Assembly (NCBI GenBank): GCA_010909165.1
Contig: VJWM01000003.1
Location: 186,001 to 250,000 of the forward strand
Direction: 5' to 3'
From: Anthoceros angustus
Lineage: Eukaryota > Plantae > Anthocerotophyta
DNA length: 64,000 nucleotides
Each line of letters begins with the position of its first letter. Positions within the stretch are counted from its first letter, which is position 1. Below, piece after piece: positions 46,972 through 58,700 of this stretch. The notes under the pieces were generated by a model that was not told the DNA's origin, made no database searches, and saw nothing but the letters and a program-made list of their open reading frames with translations. Position numbers and translations under genes: made by a program.

Positions 46972-47296
46972 GTGCTATCGGGCCTTTTATTTTGTTGGCA
47001 CCCATTGAAAAGGGAACTTTGAGCAAAGGTGCCAGGCACGGTAAGCACCATGATCATTTTTGGATACATCTTATTCCTAGTAATAAGTAAGAAGGGAACA
47101 TTTTACAAAGATTCTGTATAATGGAGAGGTAGATAATTCTATCACCTTTAGGTAGTTTAAAGAGCCCATCTTGTGTTTAGAAAATCAGAACATTGGAAAG
47201 AAAAAATATGCTCGCCCGCATAGCATAGCCATGGAAGCCCCACGCCACATCGAGATTGCTAGAAGATGCATCATTGGCCTCATTTTTTTCCCACCG

Positions 47297-47435
47297 GATG
47301 AGAGGGTGGAACTAATCATGATGAGAGGGTGGAACTACTCATGATGAAAAGGAGGAACCAATCATGATGAGAGGGTGAAACTAATCATGATGAGAGGGTG
47401 GAACTAATCATGATGAGAGGGTGGAACTAATCATG
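47297..47435. repeat. 23-bp minisatellite, 6 copies
   Basis: Unit ATGATGAGAGGGTGGAACTAATC. Confidence 0.95.
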
Positions 47436-49029
47436 TTGGTAACTATGCAAGTGAGAATAGAGGCATCAAATATTTATTCAATTAGTTATGCATAAATACG
47501 GCTAAATCACCCGAAAAGCATGAATAAGGCCTCGTCCTCCTGCGGTTGAGGGTTGTAGAACACAATTTTGTGTTGCATCCGTCCATCAGTTAACCCCATA
47601 ATGGTCACACAAATCGAATTGCGACTTTTGAGAGGGTAGTTTTTAATGAATTAGTTTTTAAAATATTTTTAAATTACATTTGGGATAGTCTTATCAATAA
47701 TTTTATATAAATAATATTTTTAATCATTAATACATTGAAGAATCAACAAAACCTTAAACCATAGAAACTTTTGTCTTGCTTAGAGTTTCTATCCATTATT
47801 GGTCAGCCTTTTAAAGTATTTTTCGCTAGTCTTTTTAAGAGAATTTAAATACGCATACTGAACATATGCATAACAGCTTTTTCTCCAAAATCATAATTTT
47901 CGTTCCAAAACTCACAAATTTCTTTGAGGTTTTTCAAAAGTTTCTAACATGGTATGAGCATCATTTTTCCATCTTATTTGTGTTACTTTACTTTCCACAT
48001 TTTATTTGGGGAGCTCTTTTTTAGGTCTTTCTTTATTCCTTCTGCATATTTTTTTTTTACATAAAGTTATGTAAAAAAAGAGATGGAAAATCCCATCCAA
48101 CTCAAGATGAAGGGGTGTTCAACCAAGGTGGACTAGCCCCTGTCATCGCCCATGTTGAAACTACCTACCACTCCGAGAATGTCGTGGTCCATATAAGAAA
48201 GGGCCAAACACAAACATGTACTTCGGCACTCAAAAAGAGGTCTGAATCTGCAAAACTAAAACCAAATGTAAACATTGTTTTATCATAAAGTAAAAATGGG
48301 ATCAACTAATATTATTAAAATTTATTAAAATTTTATAATAATTTTCATATTTAAGGCACGAATTTTCAAATAGCCAAGGGTCCAAATGAGCTAAAAATCT
48401 GATGTCCTAGGTATGCCCCTAATGAAATACGTTCCTGCAGGCACGATAAAGCTATTTCTGAATAGAAGGAAACATACCCAATACTGGCAAGCAGCCTGAC
48501 ATTGGACAAATCACTCCTCAAACCAAAGTGCCCCTTATGCCCTTCATGAAGAGAATGAGCTGCTCATTACAATATAATTTTTTAAGCGGGTTAATATACA
48601 AACCAACTTATGGCTAAAGTAAATCCTTTTCCAAGATTCCCGACAGTAACTAAAGCAAGGTTTACCCAACATCAGAGAGCCAACAGTTGGGCATTTGTTG
48701 GCACACTTTGCGATTTTTGGCATAGGACTAAAGTGGCCTGTCCATGCATGGGCCGCAAGGTGCCAGCATGCCGGCGCCTCGATGTGCTGATGAAATCATA
48801 TGAAGACTTCACTATATATCTAGTCATCAAAAATGCGTTATAGCATACACTGTAAGTTTGAAGTGAGTCATGGCTGCGACATGTGCGTGACTTTTACAGG
48901 AAACACCACATCTGATTTAACACAAGGAGTAACCAATCACAGTTTAATCTTGTCCATCATCTATACCTGTATGTGATTAAGGAGGGCATTGAGCAGACAC
49001 ACTGTCCACGACAACATCCACATTTCTAA

Positions 49030-49340
49030 GTCGGGCTATCTTCGGAGGTCTCCGTGAAGTCGTCATTGTCCCACATGGTATGCTCAGAGTCGGAGACGTC
49101 TTCAATATGGACTTCTTTGTTTTGGTCTATTCGCCAGATCGCGTCTACCGTCTGCTGGCCCTCGTCGAGCATCTCTCTTGGGTTCTTGTCTTTCCTTCTT
49201 CTAGTTCCTAATAAAACGACCTGGGCCTATGACACATCTTTCTCATACAAGCTCACCTCCTTCGCCTAAAATTGTGCGGGACCGCGGCGGTGAGGCTCGT
49301 GAGTTAGCTCTTCCTCAGCATTAGGGAGAACTTCATAGCC
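49030..49340 (-). pseudogene. Pseudogenised ORF homologous to the 16116..16367 TE ORF
   Basis: ...AQF*AKEVSLYEKDVS*AQVVLLGTRRRKDKNPREMLDEGQQTVDAIWRIDQNKEVHIEDVSDSEH with two in-frame stops. Confidence 0.7.
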
Positions 49341-49811
49341 ATAGGGCTGCCAAGTCTAGTGTCATGCTCCAATTCACACACAGCCACAACGATGGGGAGG
49401 TAAAGTATACTTTGGAGGTGGCCAACGTTGCATGAGTGTCTGCGTTTGATTCAACACCGTGATTCTTTCCTTATGATCTGCTTCTGCATGGAAACAAACA
49501 GTATACGGCACAAGAGGTTCCCATTTTCAAACGTTCAAATAAGATTAGGTGGGATTGGGGGCGAGGGGGGAGGTGGTGATTCGGTCATAATGACAGCCAT
49601 TAGAAAATAAGGTCACACAACGGATCCTACGGTCTAGGTTGTCAAACCCTAGGGGCAACTAATCATAGGTTTACTAACCTAGGGTTAGTGCAGGTGAGTT
49701 TATTTAATCACGTTTGGTTCAAATCTAGGGTTTAAACATACCGTCTACACCCTCCATGTGCAGACTTGTGAGTTTAGGGTTTTGCCAAGCAAATTCGAGC
49801 TTGTGGACGTG

Positions 49812-49929
49812 GTCTGGGTATGTGCGAGCATCTCTGAACGAGTTTGTGGGTGCAGTCTGGGTGTGTGCGAGCATCTCTGAACGAGTTTGTGGGCGCGGTC
49901 TGGGTGTGTGCGAGAATCTATGAACGAGT
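49812..49929. repeat. 43-bp tandem repeat, ~2.7 copies
   Basis: Unit GTCTGGGT(A/G)TGTGCGAGCATCTCTGAACGAGTTTGTGGG(T/C)GC(A/G). Confidence 0.9.
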
Positions 49930-51203
49930 CTGCTGAGATCAGTCAGTGGGCGAGCGATGTTGGGTGGTCGCCTCATGAGGTGAATTTGAGGTAATCTTAG
50001 TGTGGGAGGAAAATCCCGGGGCGTCCTAGATTCACCCTATAAATCAGCTGAAATAGTAGATAGGATAAATAGCTTAGGATGGTTAAATAGGATAAATACC
50101 CATTTATGATATCACAAGAGAAAAGAAACGCAACTAACCCCAACTAACCCACGTAGAAACTCGAAATCCAATGTCTTGAATAGCGAAAATAAGAAACAGG
50201 TAGTTTAACGAGGGTAGTGTGGCCTTCTTGACCTATACCCTGTATTTGTACCCAATCGCAAAAGCAAACAAGGCTGTCCATTTTCCCGTAAAGCTGAGAC
50301 CCGAACTGACGCAATGTCGTAGCAACATGGTGACGGGAGTCAGATTCAAATTTATCATATTAATATTCTAAATATGTGCCTAAAGACTTGCTCAAAACTT
50401 TACCTACCTTAATTGTATTAGCTAGGGTGCCCGCTCATGTGTTAACCTCCAGTTCCTCCCACGCAATACTGCGTGAAATAATAGATCTAATGACTTGTAG
50501 GCCAACAACAAAAGTAATTCTTTCTTCAACTAAAATCCGCGAACAGCAAACGTGATGTCAAGCACCAAAGGCCGGGCCCGAAGTATCCTCTCAGAGTATG
50601 AAATTGAGAATATGCTTCAGGTCTACTTTGCTTGGTCACAAAACTCCATCTACCTTACCACCCATCACTTATGACAATTGACTTCCGACCAGCCTTTGGC
50701 ACCACGTTAGTTATCCTAGGGGTGAATGAAAGAAATATAGGTTGAACTAAACTCTTTAGTCCTAGATTATCTAGACAAACTGCAACATAATCATATTATA
50801 ATAATTATATACAAAAATATTTTAAAATAACCAAGATTTATATTTATTCGTGCAAGATGGGTCGGAACAAGCTACGGTTGGGGAAATGGTCCCACTACCA
50901 ACATCTCATTAGTTAGGACTAATGAAATAGTATATTAGGGGCACTATCTAGATTAGGGCAGCCTTCATATTAAAGGCCTAAATCTCTAATTTAAGTTATT
51001 AATTAATTAATTAGAATTAAATATCTAATTAATTAATTGGTTGTAAAAGGTTATAATTACTCCAACCAAACATTCTGCCAATGCTTTGTAATCATAATAA
51101 AACACTTCAAGTAATTGTATGATTCTTATGAAGGACAAAGAGGGGCTGCCATCACTTGTAAAGATTGAACATTGAATAGGTTTGGGGAAGGAGCGCGACC
51201 TCA

Positions 51204-51393
51204 ACGAGGTCATTAGTTGTTAAAGTTAAAACCAAAGGACACCGAATCCTGCATTTGCTCCTCAAGGAAAAGGAAGGTTGCGGCAAGACGGTGCTATCAT
51301 ACGAGGTAGCTTATTGTTAAAGTTGAAGCCAAAGGATGTAGAATCTTGCATATGCTCCTCAAGGAAAAGGAATGGGCAAGACGATGCTATCAA
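51204..51393. repeat. ~97-bp imperfect tandem duplication
   Basis: ACGAGGT...TTGTTAAAGTT.AA.CCAAAGGA...TGCTCCTCAAGGAAAAGGAA...GGCAAGACG.TGCTATCA occurs twice. Confidence 0.85.
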
Positions 51394-51420
51394 ACTGTTA
51401 GAAGGCCGCCTAGCAAGGAA

Positions 51421-51537
51421 AACTTTTCCTTAAAATTAGCAACTCCAAATATATTTATCTTAATTCTCTTGTGCTGATAAACTTTTCCTTAAAATTAGCA
51501 ACTCCAAATATATTTATCTTAATTCTCTTGTGCTGAT
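51421..51537. repeat. 59-bp tandem duplication
   Basis: AACTTTTCCTTAAAATTAGCAACTCCAAATATATTTATCTTAATTCTCTTGTGCTGAT x2. Confidence 0.95.
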
Positions 51538-51759
51538 GGTTGTTATCCGCCACTCCAAATATGTCTATTTGCCATGATACCCCTCGTATGTTTCACTCCA
51601 ATTATATCTAATTTTCATACTTTTTCTAAACATACTTAAGGAAAGCTCAGACTATATCCTAAATTCCTATTTACCATAATTCCCGTAATCGGTTGCTTCT
51701 TTTGCCGATACATTGTCTCCTTGTCAGCTGCGTTTTGATCGGTTAAGTCTGCTTGCATA

Positions 51760-52030
51760 CAACAAAGTAATCCTCGATTAGAGGCTTTTTGCAACGATCC
51801 TCAACAAAGTAAAGCAATCTGATTAGAGGCTTTCTGCAACAATCCTCAACAAAGTAAAGCAATCCTTGATTAGAGGCTTTTTGCAACGATCCTCAACAAA
51901 GTAAAGTAATCCTTGATTAGAGGCTTTTTGCAACTATCCTCAATAAAGTAAAATAATCCTTGATTAGAAGCTTTTTGCAAATTTCCTCAACAAAGTAAGC
52001 CTTGATTAGAGGCTCTTTGCAAAGATCCTC
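51760..52030. repeat. ~47-bp minisatellite, 6 copies
   Basis: Consensus CAACAAAGTAAAGCAATCCTTGATTAGAGGCTTTTTGCAACGATCCT. Confidence 0.95.
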
Positions 52031-52758
52031 AGCCCTTAAAAAGCTTATCATAGACTTATACTCGGCCGCTTGACATCCCGAAGAATTTAGTAGCTCAGGT
52101 GGGTTAATCTTGGAGGTGGGTTAATCTTGGCCTAAAGTTAGAACCCTATGTCAGTAGGAGTAGATACGGGCCTACAAGACCGCGGCTTCTTTCTTACCGC
52201 TCGGCTGACCTCGCCCGTTTCGTGTACAATTTCTGCTTAGGAAATTAAACTTCTTTACTTTAGACCCAAACTCCTCACAACACTGACCTAAATTATAGCC
52301 TTGATAGATGGTTCTAGTCACCGTGGGCAAATGTAGAATGTAGGGTACTGGAGCTACCATATAAGGAGACGAAGAACTCTATTGTAGTCCACTTGGACGA
52401 TCCTTAGCGTTTCTTTCACGTCCCGTAGTTACAAGGTACAGGTGGGAGTTGAAGGGTCTGGACCAGTTGGCAACTGAATTTGCATATGTAGTCCATAACT
52501 ATGTTATTTACATCATATCAATACCTAGCGAACTCCAGCATCAGGCAGGTTCCTGGCTCGTCGCCGAGTACAGACAACTCGGAACTCCTAATCCCGAATA
52601 CTTGGCAGCTGCTTTCACATAGGTGATTAATAACATAATTATTTAGTGCTCTCCAGCATCAGATAGGTTCATAACGTTGTCACCCAAGTACAGATCACTT
52701 CATGCAAACGATTTGCTAAAAACAAGTCAAGAATGCCCTTCGACATGCCCAGAGCTCC

Positions 52759-55700
52759 TCAATCGTCATCAGTCAAATCGATGACCTCAGGAATGCTGGT
52801 GGCAGAAGAATTCCCACCAGCTGCGGTACGGATTGGCCCCCCAGCCGCAGGAGCACTTGGGCCTCTAGGTGACTGTGCACCCCACTGTTCGCCTTCCCCA
52901 AGGAACCTGGCTGGAATGTTAACATACGCACTTCTGTTAGAGCGGCCAAGCAGTACCTCAGTAGTTGCTGCAAGAGCAGAATTTGGGGAAGCTGAAATAG
53001 ACGGTGCTGAAGGGCTTCTTGTCCCGACGACTAGGCCTGCTGGCTGATTTGGAAGTCCCGAAGATGTTCTTGCAGCATGAGTTGCGGGTCCCGAGGCAGT
53101 CAGCGTCCTCCAGCTTCCAGGGGCTTGACTGGGATGCGCCACTTGGGGTGGCACAGACGATACCCCAGCTGGTGCCACCGTCCGGGTTCCCGAAACAACG
53201 TTTCTTGAAGCACAGTTGCCCAAAAATTGCAGATTCTGCCCAGAGAATGGTGACAGGCTCTCCTGTGGCTGACCTATTCGTAGAGGCAGGTTCTGGGTTC
53301 TCGACCGCGGCACAGATTGCACTGGCTGCGACGTGGGAGAGCCCTGTGGTCGTACAAGTCTGCCGTGCTGCAGTGGATTGGCCTACGGTGACAATATTAT
53401 CCACCTCAGACTTCACCAACTGAGAATTCCGTTACCAGTTTCTGCAAGGCAAGGTCCAGAGGGGCGTACCTGCGTCACAGTTGGCGTAAGGCCAGGCATA
53501 GAGCTTGGAATCCCTGATACCCCTGCGTGGCCAGGGGATGCCGTGTTTGTTATGATGGCCGGGATAAGGGTTGATGTCATGACTGGTCCAGTACCTGCCG
53601 ACAATGAAGACATGTGTCATATTTTGCACCCTCTAGGCTGACCACCTGAAAGCAAAATAGCAACCATGGAAAGGCCCGCGTAGAGATACCGAAGGAAATC
53701 CTTCCATCCTCAGGAGCAAGGGCTATGGCTGCGGGACGGGGCCTCGGATGCGAAGGTGGAACACCAACTTGCCGATCGGCAGGAGACCCATTTTGAGATT
53801 GGCCACAAGCTCGTATCTCTGCTAATTGTGCTGCACCCAAAATAAGGAATCATCAAGCCTTGCCTAAAACGCTGCACCAGAAACTCACCAATAGATGCAT
53901 CCAAGGACGCACCTGCCCTTCTCTGTGCAGACTGTGCTGACTGCTGCTCCATAAGCATCTTCCCCCGCAGCATGTCCGCGAGCTCTCTATTCATATCTAC
54001 CTTCGACATAGCGTCCTTCATCTTGTCAATCTTCCTGTTCGATCTCGCATTGTGATCTTCTATCATCTTATCATACTTGGTCTTCAAAAGAGCGGCCTCC
54101 CTTAGGTAAGACTGCCGCAGTGCAGCTTCCTGCACGACCCGAAAGACGTGTCCATTAAGACATGCCAGTTCTGGACGTCGAAACACATGTGGCAGGAATT
54201 GTCAGCAGAGTACAAGCCCTTCAAGTTTACCTGTACCGTTCCTTCAACCTCTTCATCAACCATCTTCTTCTTCAGCCTGGCTTCCTCATGGGAAAGAGGG
54301 TCTGGTGTTGTTCGCATCACTTGGGCTATGGTAGATGCAGGTGTCGCAGTAGCTTGGCGCGGCATAGGCAACATAATTGAAGGCGCGGCACCGGAAGCAA
54401 GAGCAGCTCTGGTGCTCGTGTTTAGGGCTGGAAAAGACAGCGTCGGGACCACACGTCTGCTTGTTGCCATGGCGCTCACTTGTGGGATTGCTGAGGTGTC
54501 TCCATGTACCGACGCGCTGCTTGCAGGCTGACCCCCACCACCAACTCCGTACAACACGGGCTGAGCATGGCTGGTGATCGTTCCCAACGGGGCAGCACGA
54601 GGCAGCTCCGCAGCGGATCGCAACGCCATCGGGGAGCTCTGATGTTGTGGCAACCGTGGAGCCTGAGTCGGATTACTTGCTGCACCGGCCATCACAGAGC
54701 CTGAAGGAGATTGCATGGCGCCTCCGACACTCCTAACCGCAGAAGATACGCCAGTGTTGCCGTTTTGTGCCCCAGCGCCGGATGATTGCATATGGCTCAC
54801 CCAGCTGATCCTCGAGCTCTGGCCATGACCTGTACCTGCTTCTCCTCGCTGAGTGACTGCAGGGCTGCTGGAGCCTGAGTTCTGCCCACGAAGCAGTCCT
54901 GCAACAAAACTCATCGACTGCACCCCTGATCTCCCTTGGTGAGGTGAAGAAGCTCCAGGACTTACCTGCGCAGATGAGGCCTGGCTGTTCGCTACTTGGT
55001 GTGTTGCCAGGGGAGGAAGGCCTAGAAGACTCGGCTCTGCCTGCCGTGCTGAGCTGAAAATGGATCGCTGGAGGCCTTGCACATGTGGCAACAGAGACTG
55101 TTGGACTGGGGCTGGTTGCCTGTGGACGTCAGGACGGACAATCGGCGTAGATCGTTGAGCTGCCCATCCGTTCTGCCGGAGATGTTGAAACTCTTGTTGG
55201 GCCTGTGCCAATGCATGCGCATGGGATAGTTCCTGGAGTGCCTGCTGTGAAGCGTGCTGGGCCTGCGGATGTGGCTGTTGAAACTGAAGCGACCCAAGCT
55301 GACCACGCTGTTGCTGCACCTGCTGGCCAAGCTGTTGCTGCCCCTGCAGGCCACGCTGTTGCTGCCCCTGCTGACCACGCTGTTGCTGCCCCTGCTGACC
55401 ACGCTGTTGCTGCCCCTGCTGACCACGCTGTTGCTGCCCCTGCTGACCAACCTGTTGCTGTCCCTGCTGGCCAAGCTGATGCTGTTGCCCCTGCTGTGGC
55501 TGGTGTCTCTGCTGCTGCTGCCCCTGCTGGCCAAGCTGTTGCTGTTGCCCCTGCTGTGGCTGGTGCCTCTGCGAATGACCCTGCTGCCACTGGTGGTGCC
55601 AATGCTGCTGCCCCTGCTGCGTCTGCTGTTGAACTTGTTCACCTACTTGCTGAGACTGCTGCCCCAGGAACGCCGGTTGGGTGGATGCATGTTGGGCCTG

Positions 55701-58700
55701 CCCCGACATATGGGTCTGTGAATGTTGCCCTTGGGTGTGGCCTTCAGAATTAGATTGATCGGCCCAAACGTGTAGCTGAGATTCCAAGGGGGCCTGCGAT
55801 AGAAGTTGTTGGGCCAGAGTCTGAGCTTGCTGCACATAGACCATCTGATTAGGGTGCAAACCAGCCTGCAATTGCCTTTGTTGGGTCTGAGCCAATTGCT
55901 GGGCCTCAGCCATTTGCTGCACCTGTGACAAGGCCTGGTGTTGCTGGGTCTGCACACAACCTTGGGACTGCACGAAGGCACGTCGTTGATGAGCATGAGC
56001 CTGCTGATGGTACGCCTGCTGACGGTCAGCCTGAACCTGGAGTTGTGCCTGCCAAAGACCTTCTGTCCGATGACCAGTATTTAGAGTTAGACTCTGAGAT
56101 TGCTGGTGCTGTGCCTGCTGCACAAGCCTAGCCTGCAACTCCTCGCGAACCTGCACCTGGCGAGCCCGATGGTCCTGCTGCGTGTCCTGCTGAGCCTGGT
56201 GACGAGTTGGTGAGTGCACTGTCTGAACCTGGACTTGAAAAGTTGATGCCTGGTGGAAACGAGCCTCAGCCTGCATCTGCTGGGTCGAAGCCACAAACTG
56301 ACCTGGAGTGTGCACTTGCACACGTCGCGCCTGGTCGGGTAACTGTCCCTGACACTCACACTGAGGCCCACGTGTCTGTGAGGCTTGGAGAAGGGTGTGC
56401 ACCTCTGCCAGCTCCGGTCTTTGAATCTGAGACTGGACATTTGCTCTAGGCTGTGGCTGCAAGATGTTCTGCTGTTGCCGAAGCTCAGCCACTGAGGTAA
56501 CACTCACTCCAACTGGTCCAGCATCTTGAGAAGCTGAGGGGCTACGACTTGCAGCACTCCCAGGATTCAAACCTGAAAGAGAACTAGACTGTAGACCAGT
56601 CTCTGCGGCTTGTGTTGGAGACGGAGGCAACAGTGCGAGAGGCCTTATCTTAGACCTGAGGTCGTTACGGGCAGCTTTCTGTCTTGCTAGTAGTTTGTGC
56701 CTCTCCTCCCTCTCACATTTTGTGAACTGGGAAAGTTCACAATCATACCCCTGCATCAAGATCTTCTTGTAAGATTCCCTGTGCAACTTATTAGGTAGTT
56801 TGTTGACTTCTTCCAAAGCTTCTTGATAATAGGCATCTAACTTGTTCCTTGCGTCTTGAACAGAATCTTGGAATCGCTTGTCCTCCTTTGTCTGGAGATC
56901 TATCAACTGCGTAACAGCCATTTCCTGCTTCTCAGGGGTTGCCAATTGAATTCCTTCTAGTTGGCATGGAGGACCCATAGACATTACTGCCAGCCATTCA
57001 AGTGGGCGAAGTCTCCGAAAAGGTTCTTGCCGTACTCCGCCCAGAATCTGAGTCCCCACTGGGGCAGCCTCTACAGGATGCTTATTCGTCTGGCAAGCAG
57101 GAGACTGGCACGGGGCATCCTCAGCCGTGACAAGTTGTTGACCAAGTGACGGATTTGCTGCTTCCGGCTGTTGCACCTGACTACACCCTACACAGTCGTT
57201 GGCACCCGAGTGACTAGCACCTGCTGTTCCCACTGGAGCAGCATCTACAGGATGCGGATTCGTCTGGCAAGAAGAAGGCTGGCAAGAGACAGCCCCAGCC
57301 GTCACAGGTTGTTGCCCAAGTGACAAACTAGCTGCTTCCGGTTGTTGCATCTGACTACACCCTACAGTGTCATAGGCACCCGAGTGACTAACAGCTGCTG
57401 TTGCCTTCTGCAGTTGACCTGTCTGTGCGTCCTGCTGTTCCACATTCAGACTTCCGGATTTTTCTTCAGACTGAATCATGGGGGTGATATTAGATGGCTC
57501 ACCAGGTGGACGACCTACCTGTCCCTCTTCCTCCTGCACATCAAACTTACTGCTCAGATAATGTATAGCGCAGACTTCCAGGCCAGGTACAATTGCTACC
57601 GTAGTCTAACAGAACAAGCCACAAGATTATAGAAATCTTTCATCAGACTGCGCAAACCCAAAAACACTGATAGTGGGAGAAGGTCCAAAGAAGAGAATAC
57701 CCAACATGTTGTACAACAAAGGCATTCGACCGTACAAGGGTACCACCACAGGAGTTCGCCACAGGCAAACAACACAAAATTCAAACGCGTGAGAGTGGGT
57801 GACCAGTACCTGCAAATGCCCAGACATCTCCTTCTGCTGCGGTTCGCTACCAGGAATCTGTTTTGCGTCCACAGCTGTACTTGATGATAGCAGCCCTTCT
57901 ACTGCAGCCCCGCAGTTCAGCCCCTCTCCATTACCTTCACCCTCTAGCGGATGCCCTTCCTGGCTTACCTCGATCGGCTCAGGATGAACCGTGTGTGGCA
58001 TTGAATTTCCCTCAGGCCTGACGACCAACGTGCCATGCACCACATGGTCCAGGTGAACGCTCATGTTCCTTTTCTTTTGTCCATCACCACCGTCATCCCC
58101 GACGGCTGGTAATTGACCTATCGAAGCCAACGTATCATCCCTGCACTGAACTGACTTCCTGACCATGGGCATCTTCCCAGTTCTTTGCCATTCGACATAT
58201 TCATCCTTCAACAGGACTGACCAGAATTTCTTTGCAGGCTCAATATCCTGTGTGAGAGGATCTTCCTGATGCAGGCCATACATAATTGACTGTTGACAGA
58301 CCTCGCCTTCTACTGCCCTGTTTGTCAAGATACACTTTTGCAACTCATGTTCAATTTCGTCTTCCACATGTATTTCTCTATTTTCTGCCAGAAGCAGACA
58401 AACTTTCTCTGCTGTATAAGCTATTCTGTGCTCTCTAATGAGAGAAAGATTGCCCTTCAAGATCTCAAACAACTCCCTAGCTCCCCATCTCAAAATGTGT
58501 TGGCAGAGCTTGGCACTGATTGGCTTTGTAGCAGCCACAAGCCTTTCTCTGACCGGCTTTCCCCTGACAGCTGCAAGCATCCCCTCCTCCACACTCAACC
58601 GTGTGTAAAGCCTGAATACTGCCAACTTTTTTGACTGGAGGGCGCTCTGTAATGATGTTGCAGCATCAAAAGAGGTTAAACCGGCTTGAAATATGATACC

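Noticed and set aside
51760-52030. CRISPR-like appearance of the 47-bp repeats (and of the 23-bp array at 47297)
   Set aside because: Units are head-to-tail with no unique spacers, there are no cas genes, and the context is eukaryotic.
55205-55753. Ala-rich plus-strand ORFs (AVAAPADH repeats)
   Set aside because: Antisense shadows of the Gln-rich QQGQQQRG repeats in the MOM1-like exon.
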